Below, one piece after another: positions 9,627-19,058 of a stretch of DNA of 24,563 nucleotides. How positions within the stretch are numbered: position 1 is the first letter of the stretch; the number at the start of each line of letters is the position of its first letter. A program made the position numbers and the translations under genes. Source of the DNA: a virus (taxonomy: Duplodnaviria > Caudoviricetes); IMG/VR virus record IMGVR_UViG_3300007541_006062, positions 1 to 24,563 of that record; one strand, given 5' to 3'. The notes beneath the pieces are model-generated. The model had not been told where the DNA came from and made no database searches. It was given only the letters and a program-made list of their open reading frames with translations.

Positions 9627-9955
9627 ACTTAGAGCCAGTATTTCCAGATTCAAGAACATTTGAATGCCAGGATTTATATCTATTAACAGTAGGCACAGAA
9701 GCAGGTCAAGAAATTTGGAAAACCTGCCATGAAATTGCTCATATGCTTATTAGAAAAAATATTGCCTATGGCAACTCAGCTTTAGAGCCAGTGCGTATAT
9801 TTTCTAAAGCGGGACCAAGAGAACAGCTCCATGTTCGTATTGATGATAAATTAAATAGATTAATGAAGGGTACAGAATATCCAGGAGATAATGATATTGA
9901 TGATTTAATTGGATATCTAGTATTATTAAAAATAGCCAAATCTTGGTCTGAGTGA
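9623..9955 (+). CDS. DUF1599-like (nucleotide-modification-associated, MazG-fold-like) protein
   Basis: RKNIAYGNS ... RIDDKLNR ... DDLIGYLVLL pattern. Confidence 0.6.
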   Translation: MNLEPVFPDSRTFECQDLYLLTVGTEAGQEIWKTCHEIAHMLIRKNIAYGNSALEPVRIFSKAGPREQLHVRIDDKLNRLMKGTEYPGDNDIDDLIGYLVLLKIAKSWSE

Positions 9956-9971
9956 TTTTAGTCAACTAAGA

Positions 9972-9980
9972 TGGTATAAT
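9972..9980 (+). promoter_or_regulatory. Extended -10 promoter; probably leaderless transcript
   Basis: TGGTATAAT 8 nt before the ATG at 9989; no SD. Confidence 0.55.
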
Positions 9981-9988
9981 ACCTATAT

Positions 9989-10525
9989 ATGGATATTGAA
10001 TTAGCTGATCACTTTGATCGCATGAATAAGGTGGTAGAGGAATTACTTAAAGGTAATAATCCTACCCAGATTGCCACCCTGACGGGCTTTAAGAGAGCAG
10101 AGGTCATTGGGTATATAGACGAGTGGAAAGAGGTCGTTAAAAACGATTCTGGAGCTCGTGAGAGGGCAAAGCAGGCCATCTCTGGAGCAGATCAGCATTA
10201 CGCCATGCTTATTAAAGAAGCCTGGAAGACCGTAGAAGATGCTGACCAAGCTGGTCAATTAAATGTAAAGGCTACAGCATTAAAACTTATTGCCGATATT
10301 GAAGGCAAAAGAATAGGAATGCTTCAAGAAGTTGGCCTACTCGATAATGCAGAGTTGGCTACACAGTTGGCGGAAACAGAAAGAAAGCAAGAGATACTTG
10401 TAAAGATATTAAAAGAGGTGACTGCTACTTGCCCTAAGTGCAAGATGGAAGTCGCTAAAAGACTATCGCAAATAACAGGTATTGTTGAGCCAGTAGTAAT
10501 ACATGACGAACAAGAAGCATTGTAG
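9989..10525 (+). CDS. HTH protein, candidate terminase small subunit
   Basis: N-terminal HTH (PTQIATLTGFKRAEV), helical body, lies shortly upstream of the large terminase. Confidence 0.55.
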   Translation: MDIELADHFDRMNKVVEELLKGNNPTQIATLTGFKRAEVIGYIDEWKEVVKNDSGARERAKQAISGADQHYAMLIKEAWKTVEDADQAGQLNVKATALKLIADIEGKRIGMLQEVGLLDNAELATQLAETERKQEILVKILKEVTATCPKCKMEVAKRLSQITGIVEPVVIHDEQEAL

Positions 10526-10700
10526 ACATGTGTATGAATATGTTTATTCCTATATTTGTCCAGATTGCGGAAAAGATACGCATGAGCCAGACAGAGAATT
10601 AGACAGTAAATTGTTTAAAGAATATTATGAAAGCGGTAAACACCTTCAGTGGATTTGCCCTGTAGAAGGTGGCACTATTAGAGGATGGTGGTCAATTTAA
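10503..10700 (+). CDS. Small Cys/His hypothetical protein
   Basis: CRH...CPDCG; stop overlaps the terL ATG. Confidence 0.6.
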   Translation: MTNKKHCRHVYEYVYSYICPDCGKDTHEPDRELDSKLFKEYYESGKHLQWICPVEGGTIRGWWSI

Positions 10701-12490
10701 TGGAATTAAATTTTAATGACCTCATTGATATATTAGATGGAGAGGAGTTTGATGAAAGACCAGTCGATCTCAGAACATTTGTTACAGGAAAAGAGTATCT
10801 CGGATTACCCCCACTTTCGGAGTACCAATATACGCTTATCGAAAAAAGCTCACAAATCTATAAACAATCCACTCTTATCAAATTATTTGGAGAAAGAGAA
10901 GGCGAAGATCGTTACAAGCAAACCTGTAACGAAGTAGTAGCGCAGTTAGGTAAAGGTAGTGGAAAAGACTACTGCTCAACAATATCAGTAGCATATATAG
11001 TTTATCTCCTATTGTGCCTTAAAGATCCAGCTACATATTATGGCAAACCTCCTGGAGATTCAATAGATATTATTAATATTGCTATCAACGCACAGCAAGC
11101 AAACAATGTTTTCTTTAAAGGTTTTAGAAATAGAATTGTTGGGTCGCCATGGTTTATTGGAAAGTATTTTGAGAAAGCATCTGAAATTAAATTTAATAAA
11201 AATGTAACAGTTTATTCTGGACACTCAGAAAGAGAAGCATTTGAAGGATATAACGTACTGGTTGCAGTGCTAGACGAAATCTCTGGTTTTGCATTAGAAA
11301 GCACAACAGGTCATGACCAAGCAAAAACTGCAAGCGGTATCTATGAAATGTATAGAGCTTCTGTTGATTCTCGTTTTCCAGACTATGGGAAAGTAATATT
11401 ACTTTCATTCCCTAGATTTAAGCAGGACTATATCCAACAAAGGTATGATGAGATTGTGGCTGAAAAAGAAGTAATACAAAGATCTCATAAATTTAAGGTA
11501 GACCCAGATTTACCAGACAACACAGATGGCAACGAGTTTGAAGTTTATTGGGATGAGGATCATATTATTTCGTATAGATATCCAAAAGTTTATGCCATTA
11601 AAAGACCAACTTGGGAAGTGAATCCTACTAGAAGTATTGATGATTTTAAAATTGCTTTCTATCGAGATACAGTAGATGCGCTAGGAAGGTTTGCTTGTAT
11701 GCCTCCAGAAGCAATTGATGCCTTTTTTAAATCTCGTGAAAAGATAGAAAAAGCTTTTAGTAATATGGCAATAGGCGTGGATCAATTTGGAAGATTTGAA
11801 GAATGGTTTATACCAATTGAAGATAAAGAATATTTTATACACGTAGACTTAGCGCAAAAACATGACCATTGTGCAGTAGCTATGTCTCATATAAATAAGT
11901 GGGTAAATGTTAAAGTTACAGATAATTATTCCCAGCCAGCCCCAATAATTGAAGTGGATGCGGTAAGATATTGGACTCCTACTTCAGATAAATCTGTAGA
12001 CTTTACTGAAGTAAAAGACTATATATTATCTTTAAGGTCTAGAGGATTTAACATAAGGACGTGTACTTTTGACAGATGGAATTCTCATGATATGATGCAG
12101 CAATTAAGACAATACGGAATTAATACAGAAACATTGTCTGTCGCAAAAAAGCATTATGACGATATGGCTATGGTAGTTTTAGAAGAAAGGTTGTCTGGAC
12201 CACATATTAAATTACTTATAGATGAATTATTAGAGCTTAGGATTATAAGGGATAAAGTAGATCACCCAAGAAAAGGTTCTAAAGACTTAGCTGATGCCGT
12301 ATGCGGGTCAATATTTAATGCTATAAGTTTAACCAGACCAGATTTTGGAGCAATAGAAGTTCATACATATAGCTCAATTAAAAAGCAGGAAAAACAACAA
12401 TCTCAGCAAGAAAGTCACAATTTAATTAAGGCTCCATCAGCGATGCCTAAAAGTTTGGCGGAAGCACTAGACGGAATGGAAATAATATGA
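10700..12490 (+). CDS. terL: Terminase large subunit (likely start 10700)
   Basis: Walker A LGKGSGKD, Walker B VAVLDE, coupling motif LLSFP, nuclease motifs IHVDLA, FDRWNS and KDLADA. Confidence 0.9.
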   Translation: MELNFNDLIDILDGEEFDERPVDLRTFVTGKEYLGLPPLSEYQYTLIEKSSQIYKQSTLIKLFGEREGEDRYKQTCNEVVAQLGKGSGKDYCSTISVAYIVYLLLCLKDPATYYGKPPGDSIDIINIAINAQQANNVFFKGFRNRIVGSPWFIGKYFEKASEIKFNKNVTVYSGHSEREAFEGYNVLVAVLDEISGFALESTTGHDQAKTASGIYEMYRASVDSRFPDYGKVILLSFPRFKQDYIQQRYDEIVAEKEVIQRSHKFKVDPDLPDNTDGNEFEVYWDEDHIISYRYPKVYAIKRPTWEVNPTRSIDDFKIAFYRDTVDALGRFACMPPEAIDAFFKSREKIEKAFSNMAIGVDQFGRFEEWFIPIEDKEYFIHVDLAQKHDHCAVAMSHINKWVNVKVTDNYSQPAPIIEVDAVRYWTPTSDKSVDFTEVKDYILSLRSRGFNIRTCTFDRWNSHDMMQQLRQYGINTETLSVAKKHYDDMAMVVLEERLSGPHIKLLIDELLELRIIRDKVDHPRKGSKDLADAVCGSIFNAISLTRPDFGAIEVHTYSSIKKQEKQQSQQESHNLIKAPSAMPKSLAEALDGMEII

Positions 12491-12735
12491 GCATATATCA
12501 AGATAAAGCAAAAGAATGCAAATGTTGTGGAAAACATGTACCGCTTCCAGTTAGACTAAAAGAGTTTAATGGAATTAAGGTCTGCCCCACCACATTTGAC
12601 AACATAATTGAATATAAAAGAATATGGAATGAATTGGGTAAAAGACCTCCAGGAAGTGTTAGAAAACATTTTTCAGATTATGTACAAGGCATAGTGGAGT
12701 CTTCTATTGACAATACCAATAGTTCAAATATATAA
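12487..12735 (+). CDS. Hypothetical Cys-containing protein
   Basis: CKCCG...CPT; ATGA overlap with terL. Confidence 0.65.
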   Translation: MSIYQDKAKECKCCGKHVPLPVRLKEFNGIKVCPTTFDNIIEYKRIWNELGKRPPGSVRKHFSDYVQGIVESSIDNTNSSNI

Positions 12736-12736
12736 T
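12707..12736 (+). promoter_or_regulatory. Sigma70-type promoter for tRNA(CAT)
   Basis: TTGACA-18 nt-TATAAT, 10 nt before the tRNA. Confidence 0.6.
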
Positions 12737-12746
12737 TATCAACTAA

Positions 12747-12820
12747 GCACCAGTAGCTTAGTTGGTTAGAGCCCCCGACTCATAATCGGGTAGTCGTAGG
12801 TTCAAGTCCTACCTGGTGCA
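12747..12820 (+). tRNA. tRNA with CAT anticodon, most likely Ile2 (lysidine type) rather than Met
   Basis: Full cloverleaf: GCACCAG/CTGGTGC, anticodon arm CCCGA-CTCATAA-TCGGG, T-loop TTCAAGT; C4:G69 and C5:G68; no encoded CCA. Confidence 0.85.
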
Positions 12821-12833
12821 CAAAGGAGATAAG

Positions 12834-13169
12834 ATGTTTGATGACGATGAAGAAGATCACTTTGCATTTCAAAGAATGGAACATTATCTAGAGATAGGTG
12901 CAATTAGATTTGCAGGATATAATGAAAATGGCGAGGCTATGTTTGAGTTAAATGAGTCAATAACAAAGAATTTGGCACCAGAGTTATGGGAGGCTCATAT
13001 GGAATATGTAGACAATAATCTTGTCGAACTTTATAAAGAGGGTTTAATGGAAGTTGAATATGATGAAAATCTGGAAGCAATAATGCATTTTACACCAGAA
13101 GGTTTTGAAATAGCTAAAGAAAAAGGAATTATTCCAATAGAAGATATTGACGGATTCGAATTAAATTAG
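12834..13169 (+). CDS. Acidic hypothetical protein (start 12834, after the tRNA)
   Basis: AAAGGAG SD; the longer ORF-track start lies inside the tRNA. Confidence 0.75.
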   Translation: MFDDDEEDHFAFQRMEHYLEIGAIRFAGYNENGEAMFELNESITKNLAPELWEAHMEYVDNNLVELYKEGLMEVEYDENLEAIMHFTPEGFEIAKEKGIIPIEDIDGFELN

Positions 13170-13176
13170 ATATAAT
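13147..13176 (+). promoter_or_regulatory. Promoter for tRNA-Arg/tRNA-Asn/ahpCD
   Basis: TTGACG-18 nt-TATAAT; the tRNA starts 5 nt after the -10 box. Confidence 0.55.
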
Positions 13177-13181
13177 TATAA

Positions 13182-13254
13182 GCCCTTGTAGCTCAGCGGA
13201 TAGAGCGAGGCTCTTCTAAGGCCTGCGTCAGAGGTTCGATTCCTTTCAGGGGCG
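13182..13254 (+). tRNA. tRNA-Arg(TCT)
   Basis: Cloverleaf GCCCTTG/CAGGGGC, anticodon loop CTTCTAA, T-loop TTCGATT. Confidence 0.92.
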
Positions 13255-13259
13255 CACAG

Positions 13260-13332
13260 TGGACCATAGCTCAGCTGGCAGAGCGTAGAGCTGTTAACTC
13301 TAATGTCCCAGGTTCGAGCCCTGGTGGTCCAG
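13260..13332 (+). tRNA. tRNA-Asn(GTT)
   Basis: Cloverleaf TGGACCA/TGGTCCA, anticodon loop CTGTTAA, discriminator G. Confidence 0.93.
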
Positions 13333-13365
13333 CGGGAACAATCCCAAACTATATATAGGAGATAA

Positions 13366-13941
13366 ATGAAAACAGTAGGAAATAAACTAAGTCCATTTAG
13401 AATTGTTGGCGTAAAGCCAGGAAGACTAGATGCCTCTGACGATGTTTTTGAAGTATTAAATGAAAAATCTTTTCCAGGAAAATGGAAGGTAATTGTTTTT
13501 TATCCAAAAGATTTTACTTTTGTTTGCCCAACAGAAATTGTTGCATATGACAAGCTTGTAAATGATTTTAATGATCGTGATGCAGTACTGCTTACAGGAT
13601 CAACCGACAATGAATTCTGTAAAATTGCATGGCGTAACGCACATGAAGATTTAAAAAAGACAAATTCATGGTCATTTGCAGATCAAATTCGTGAATGGAG
13701 TTATTCAGAAATTGATGATGAATCGTATACTGGTCTAGCAGAACAGCTTGGAATCCTTACAAATGATGGTGTTGCTCTTCGTGCGACATTTATTGTTGAT
13801 CCAGATAATGTTATTCAGCATGTAACAGTAAACAACCTTAATGTTGGAAGAAGCCCAGAAGAAACATTACGCATTTTAGATGCTCTCCAAACAGGAGAAC
13901 TTTGTGCGTGTAACAGAAGCCTAGGCGGAGAAACTCTATAA
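13366..13941 (+). CDS. ahpC: Peroxiredoxin AhpC (mycobacterial/streptomycete type)
   Basis: FYPKDFTFVCPTE peroxidatic motif, RATFIVDP, C-terminal ELCACN. Confidence 0.95.
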   Translation: MKTVGNKLSPFRIVGVKPGRLDASDDVFEVLNEKSFPGKWKVIVFYPKDFTFVCPTEIVAYDKLVNDFNDRDAVLLTGSTDNEFCKIAWRNAHEDLKKTNSWSFADQIREWSYSEIDDESYTGLAEQLGILTNDGVALRATFIVDPDNVIQHVTVNNLNVGRSPEETLRILDALQTGELCACNRSLGGETL

Positions 13942-14450
13942 TGTGGGTTGAACAGCTAAAAGAATCTTTGCCAGAATATGCCAAAGATATAAAATTAAAC
14001 CTTGATGCTGTCATTAATCGTAGTACGGTTGATCCAGAGCTAGCGACCCACCTAGCTTTGGCAGCCTCATTTGCTACTGGAAATGGAAAGCTTATTGGGT
14101 TTATTGCCGCTTCTTCTACAAACGAAGTCGAAAAGAATGCAGCAATGACAGCTGGCGCCCTAATGGCTCAAAATAATGTGTGGTATCCATATCTTGAAAT
14201 GGCGGACGATCCAAATCTTTCAGGTCTTCCTGCACAATTAAGAATGAATGCAATTGCTTCTCATGGAGGAACTACAAAAGCTAATTTTGAAGCATACTCA
14301 TTAGCCTCTTCAATAATTGGCAAATGTCATTTTTGTGTTAAAGCACATTATGAAACATTAAAACAAGAAGGATTTAGTGTTGAGCAATTAAGAGATATTG
14401 GAAGAATTGCCGCAACAATAAATGCATTAGCTAAGATATTAAATTCTTAG
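13941..14450 (+). CDS. ahpD: Alkylhydroperoxidase AhpD
   Basis: LPEYAKDIKLNL, MAQNNVWY, LRMN, CHFCVKAH; coupled to ahpC. Confidence 0.93.
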   Translation: MWVEQLKESLPEYAKDIKLNLDAVINRSTVDPELATHLALAASFATGNGKLIGFIAASSTNEVEKNAAMTAGALMAQNNVWYPYLEMADDPNLSGLPAQLRMNAIASHGGTTKANFEAYSLASSIIGKCHFCVKAHYETLKQEGFSVEQLRDIGRIAATINALAKILNS

Positions 14451-14456
14451 TTAAGT

Positions 14457-14530
14457 GGTCCGTTAGCTCAGTTGGTTAGAGCGCTACCCTGTCACGGTAG
14501 AGGCCGTCGGTTCAAGTCCGATACGGATCG
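14457..14530 (+). tRNA. tRNA-Asp(GTC)
   Basis: Cloverleaf GGTCCGT/ACGGATC, anticodon loop CTGTCAC, discriminator G. Confidence 0.93.
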
Positions 14531-14533
14531 CAA

Positions 14534-14606
14534 GCCCCTATAGCCCAGCGGTAGAGGCATGCGACTTAAAATCGTACAAGCGTTGGTTCGATCCCAACTT
14601 GGGGCA
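14534..14606 (+). tRNA. tRNA-Leu(TAA) with short variable loop
   Basis: GCCCCTA/TTGGGGC (T6-T67 mismatch), anticodon arm TGCGA-CTTAAAA-TCGTA, 5-nt variable loop, discriminator A. Confidence 0.82.
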
Positions 14607-14619
14607 CAAAGGAGATAAA

Positions 14620-15291
14620 ATGAAAACAGCAATAGTAACTGGAACTCGACATGGTGTCGGAAGAAAAACAGTAATTGATTTAGTTGATAATGGATATAAG
14701 GTTATTGCTACATCAAGAAATATCAGTAACATAAAAGATTTAGAATCTGAAAATGTCAGCATAGAAGAATTAGATCTAACTAATTTTGAGCAAATAAAAT
14801 TTTTTTATGAAAAGTATAAGAATATAACTTTAGATTTATTAGTTAATAATGCTGCAGGTGGGGTAGATCCAAAAACTTTAGTGAATTCAGATCCAGAAAG
14901 CTTTACCTTAGCTTATGCCTTGAATGTAAGTGGGCCAATGTATTTAACTAGGATGTTCACTAAAAACTTAGAGAATTCAGAAAACTCTACTGTTATATTT
15001 ATAACATCATTTGCGGGTAGATATCCGTATATTGGACAAGCTAGCTACTGTAATTCAAAAAAGGCTGTTAGTGGATTATCTGAGTTATTCAGGCTTGAAT
15101 ATTCTGGTTATGGGATAAAGGTAACGGAGATTTGCCCAGCTTCGATAAACACTCATAGTGACCAAATAAAGCCTGTAGCTTTAGAGTCTGAAGATTTATC
15201 AAGTGCAATATTGTGGATTTCTTCTATGCCTAAAAGATGTAATATAAACTATCTTGAGATTGCTCCTACATATAGTAAAATATTTAATTAA
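14620..15291 (+). CDS. Short-chain dehydrogenase/reductase (start 14620)
   Basis: TGTRHGVG (TGxxxGxG), LVNNA, catalytic S...YCNSK; SD AAAGGAG. Confidence 0.9.
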   Translation: MKTAIVTGTRHGVGRKTVIDLVDNGYKVIATSRNISNIKDLESENVSIEELDLTNFEQIKFFYEKYKNITLDLLVNNAAGGVDPKTLVNSDPESFTLAYALNVSGPMYLTRMFTKNLENSENSTVIFITSFAGRYPYIGQASYCNSKKAVSGLSELFRLEYSGYGIKVTEICPASINTHSDQIKPVALESEDLSSAILWISSMPKRCNINYLEIAPTYSKIFN

Positions 15292-15320
15292 TAGACAAAG
15301 TTTACATAATTTGATATAAT
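15292..15320 (+). promoter_or_regulatory. Promoter for hsp20
   Basis: TAGACA-17 nt-TATAAT with extended TG. Confidence 0.65.
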
Positions 15321-15325
15321 ATAAA

Positions 15326-15375
15326 TAGGTCGCCAAATGGGACCTAATTTAACTTATTCGCTCAAGGAGGAATAA
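15326..15375 (+). promoter_or_regulatory. ROSE-like RNA thermometer, two hairpins, in the hsp20 5'UTR
   Basis: TAGGTC[G]CC-AAAT-GG-GACCTA, then TTATTC[G]CTC-AAG-GAG-GAATAA, which pairs the SD using a U(U/C)GCU motif with bulged G. Confidence 0.7.
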
Positions 15376-15798
15376 ATGGTAACACAATTTGCCATGGATC
15401 TTTTTAAAGATCCTTTTTTTATTGGCTTTAACAGAGAGTTAGAGCGTATTAATAATGTATATCGTGAAGCAACTAATCAATCTTATCCGCCATATGATGT
15501 ATTAAAGGTGGATGAAGATTCTTATGAGATTTCTCTCGCAGTTGCAGGATTTACTAAAGATGATTTATCAATACACATTGATAATGGATCTTTAATTGTA
15601 GAAGGATTAAAAGAGTCAGTTGTGGCTCCAAAATCTTATCTACACAAAGGTATTGCAGCAAGAAAATTTGTTCGCACATTTGCATTATCTGAATATATGG
15701 AGGTGCAGAGTGCACAATTGGCCGATGGAATTCTTAAGATTAATATTGAAAGAATCGTCCCAGAAGAAAAAAAGCCAAAAGCAATTAAAATCAAATAA
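15376..15798 (+). CDS. Small heat shock protein Hsp20 (IbpA-like)
   Basis: FIGF, SYPPYD, LAVAGF, YLHKGIAARKFVRTF, DGILKI, PEEKKPKAIKI. Confidence 0.95.
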   Translation: MVTQFAMDLFKDPFFIGFNRELERINNVYREATNQSYPPYDVLKVDEDSYEISLAVAGFTKDDLSIHIDNGSLIVEGLKESVVAPKSYLHKGIAARKFVRTFALSEYMEVQSAQLADGILKINIERIVPEEKKPKAIKIK

Positions 15799-15800
15799 GG

Positions 15801-15886
15801 TATAATGGTTATGTCCATGAAGATGGACACGGGCCGAATAGTTACGCCTTAGGATACACCTGAGCATGTGTATAAACTGCTCACCA
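15801..15886 (+). ncRNA. Candidate structured RNA (hairpin plus H-type pseudoknot) with its own -10 box
   Basis: TATAAT 15801-15806; hairpin TGTCCAT-GAAG-ATGGACA; pseudoknot ATACAC/GTGTAT crossed by TGAGCA/TGCTCA. Confidence 0.5.
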
Positions 15887-15901
15887 ACATATAGGAGAAA
15901 T

Positions 15902-16084
15902 ATGCCAAGATATGAATATGCCTGCATCGAATGTGATTTTGGCATGGAGATAACAAAATCTTTTTCAGAAGCTGATTCTGTTGAGATGTGTGAAAAATGT
16001 GGAAACGCAATGAATAAAGTTTATGGAACAGTTGGCGTTCAGTTTAAAGGTACAGGGTTTTACAAAACAGATAATTCAAAATAG
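15902..16084 (+). CDS. FmdB-family zinc-ribbon protein (start 15902)
   Basis: MPRYEYACIEC...CEKCG...FKGTGFYKTD; SD AGGAG. Confidence 0.88.
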   Translation: MPRYEYACIECDFGMEITKSFSEADSVEMCEKCGNAMNKVYGTVGVQFKGTGFYKTDNSK

Positions 16085-16089
16085 TTAAA

Positions 16090-16130
16090 TGATATAATTA
16101 ACTTGTTATAATATTTGTAACAAGGGGTTA
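16090..16130 (+). promoter_or_regulatory. Extended -10 promoter followed by an inverted repeat
   Basis: TGATATAAT 16090-16098; CTTGTTATAA-TAT-TTGTAACAAG 16102-16124. Confidence 0.5.
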
Positions 16131-16135
16131 TCTAG

Positions 16136-18237
<2,102 letters not shown>

Positions 18238-18238
<1 letters not shown>

Positions 18239-18432
18239 TGAAAATAATTAAGGCTATCCTGAACTATTTCTGGGAGGCAGTTAAAGAAAGCATTGCTCAA
18301 GTTTGGACTCTATTGGGCTTTTTTATTGCTTGGTTAACCCTTACAGGGACAGCTCAGCAAGTAGTAGGGGTGGCAACAATAGCTGCAACTATTATTTGGC
18401 TCGCAACTATCCCTCTTCGTAAAGACGAATAA
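18238..18432 (+). CDS. Small two-TM membrane protein
   Basis: Amphipathic N-terminus then two hydrophobic segments; TAATG coupling to the PA14 gene. Confidence 0.75.
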
Positions 18433-18433
18433 A

Positions 18434-18442
18434 TGATATAAT
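18434..18442 (+). promoter_or_regulatory. Extended -10 promoter; leaderless lipoprotein transcript
   Basis: TGATATAAT 7 nt before the ATG at 18450; no SD. Confidence 0.55.
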
Positions 18443-18449
18443 TACCAAT

Positions 18450-18671
18450 ATGGTAAGACTAATTGGACTTGCCCTTGCAGGGCTATTTATGCTGTCAGGA
18501 TGTGGATATGATGGAGTTTTCAGATATCCATGTCAGGACCCTGCCAATTTCGATAATCCAGAGTGCAACCCACCCTTGTGTAAGGTTGAGGGACAGTGTA
18601 CAATAGATATACTAGGATTCGACCCCAAGACGGGGGAAGCACCAACTATACAACAGAACGGTAACGAGTAA
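18450..18671 (+). CDS. Small Cys-rich lipoprotein
   Basis: Signal peptide with LSGC lipobox; four more Cys (RYPCQDP...ECNPPLC...QC). Confidence 0.8.
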   Translation: MVRLIGLALAGLFMLSGCGYDGVFRYPCQDPANFDNPECNPPLCKVEGQCTIDILGFDPKTGEAPTIQQNGNE

Positions 18672-19054
18672 TGGCCAAAAGACCACGATTAACTCCATCG
18701 GACTTAGACGCAAGATTAAAATTCACCCTTGGTCTAATCCTTGGAACTATTTTATTATTTACAACTATGGGCATACTTTATGCTCTTATTTTTGTTACAC
18801 AGCCAATTGGAGAGCAGTCTGAAAATGATAAGATGTTCTTTAATGTTTTAGGTTCGGTAGCAACATTTATTACAGGAACCCTTGCGGGATTGTTAATTGG
18901 CAAGAGTGGCGGAAATGAAAGCCAGATTAAATTTGATGAGCCAGAGGCACCAGAAGCTCCAGTACCAGCTCCAACTAATCCAGAGCCAACTGGAAAGCCA
19001 AATGACGAAATGCCAGAAGAAACAGAAATTGATGAAGATTGGGATAAAGAGTAA
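18671..19054 (+). CDS. Two-TM membrane protein with Pro/acidic tail (holin-like candidate)
   Basis: Two long hydrophobic segments; coupled to the lipoprotein gene; upstream of the CHAP amidase. Confidence 0.7.
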   Translation: MAKRPRLTPSDLDARLKFTLGLILGTILLFTTMGILYALIFVTQPIGEQSENDKMFFNVLGSVATFITGTLAGLLIGKSGGNESQIKFDEPEAPEAPVPAPTNPEPTGKPNDEMPEETEIDEDWDKE

Positions 19055-19058
19055 TAGT

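Noticed and set aside
1126-12490. Inteins or introns in dnaE, recA or terL
   Set aside because: Lengths are normal, motifs are contiguous, and no intein junction or homing endonuclease motifs were seen.
13334-13346. GGGA-ACAA-TCCC hairpin as a terminator
   Set aside because: Only a 4-bp stem with no U-tract.
12816-14619. ORF-track starts at 12816 and 14599
   Set aside because: Both lie inside tRNA 3' ends; the ATGs at 12834 and 14620 have proper SD sequences.
12821-14620. HDV-like theta ribozymes at tRNA 3' ends
   Set aside because: The trailers are only a few nt or lead straight into an RBS; no nested double-pseudoknot pattern is visible.
15811-15852. 13-codon leaderless ORF MSMKMDTGRIVTP
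   Set aside because: Too short to support, and the region is better explained by RNA structure; a leader peptide cannot be excluded.
15866-15901. N-terminal extension of the FmdB ORF
   Set aside because: The family begins at MPxY, the SD sits before 15902, and the extension overlaps the pseudoknot.
18897-19058. N-terminal extension of ORF 18897..19319
   Set aside because: Overlaps the upstream membrane gene out of frame; ATG 19059 follows its stop.
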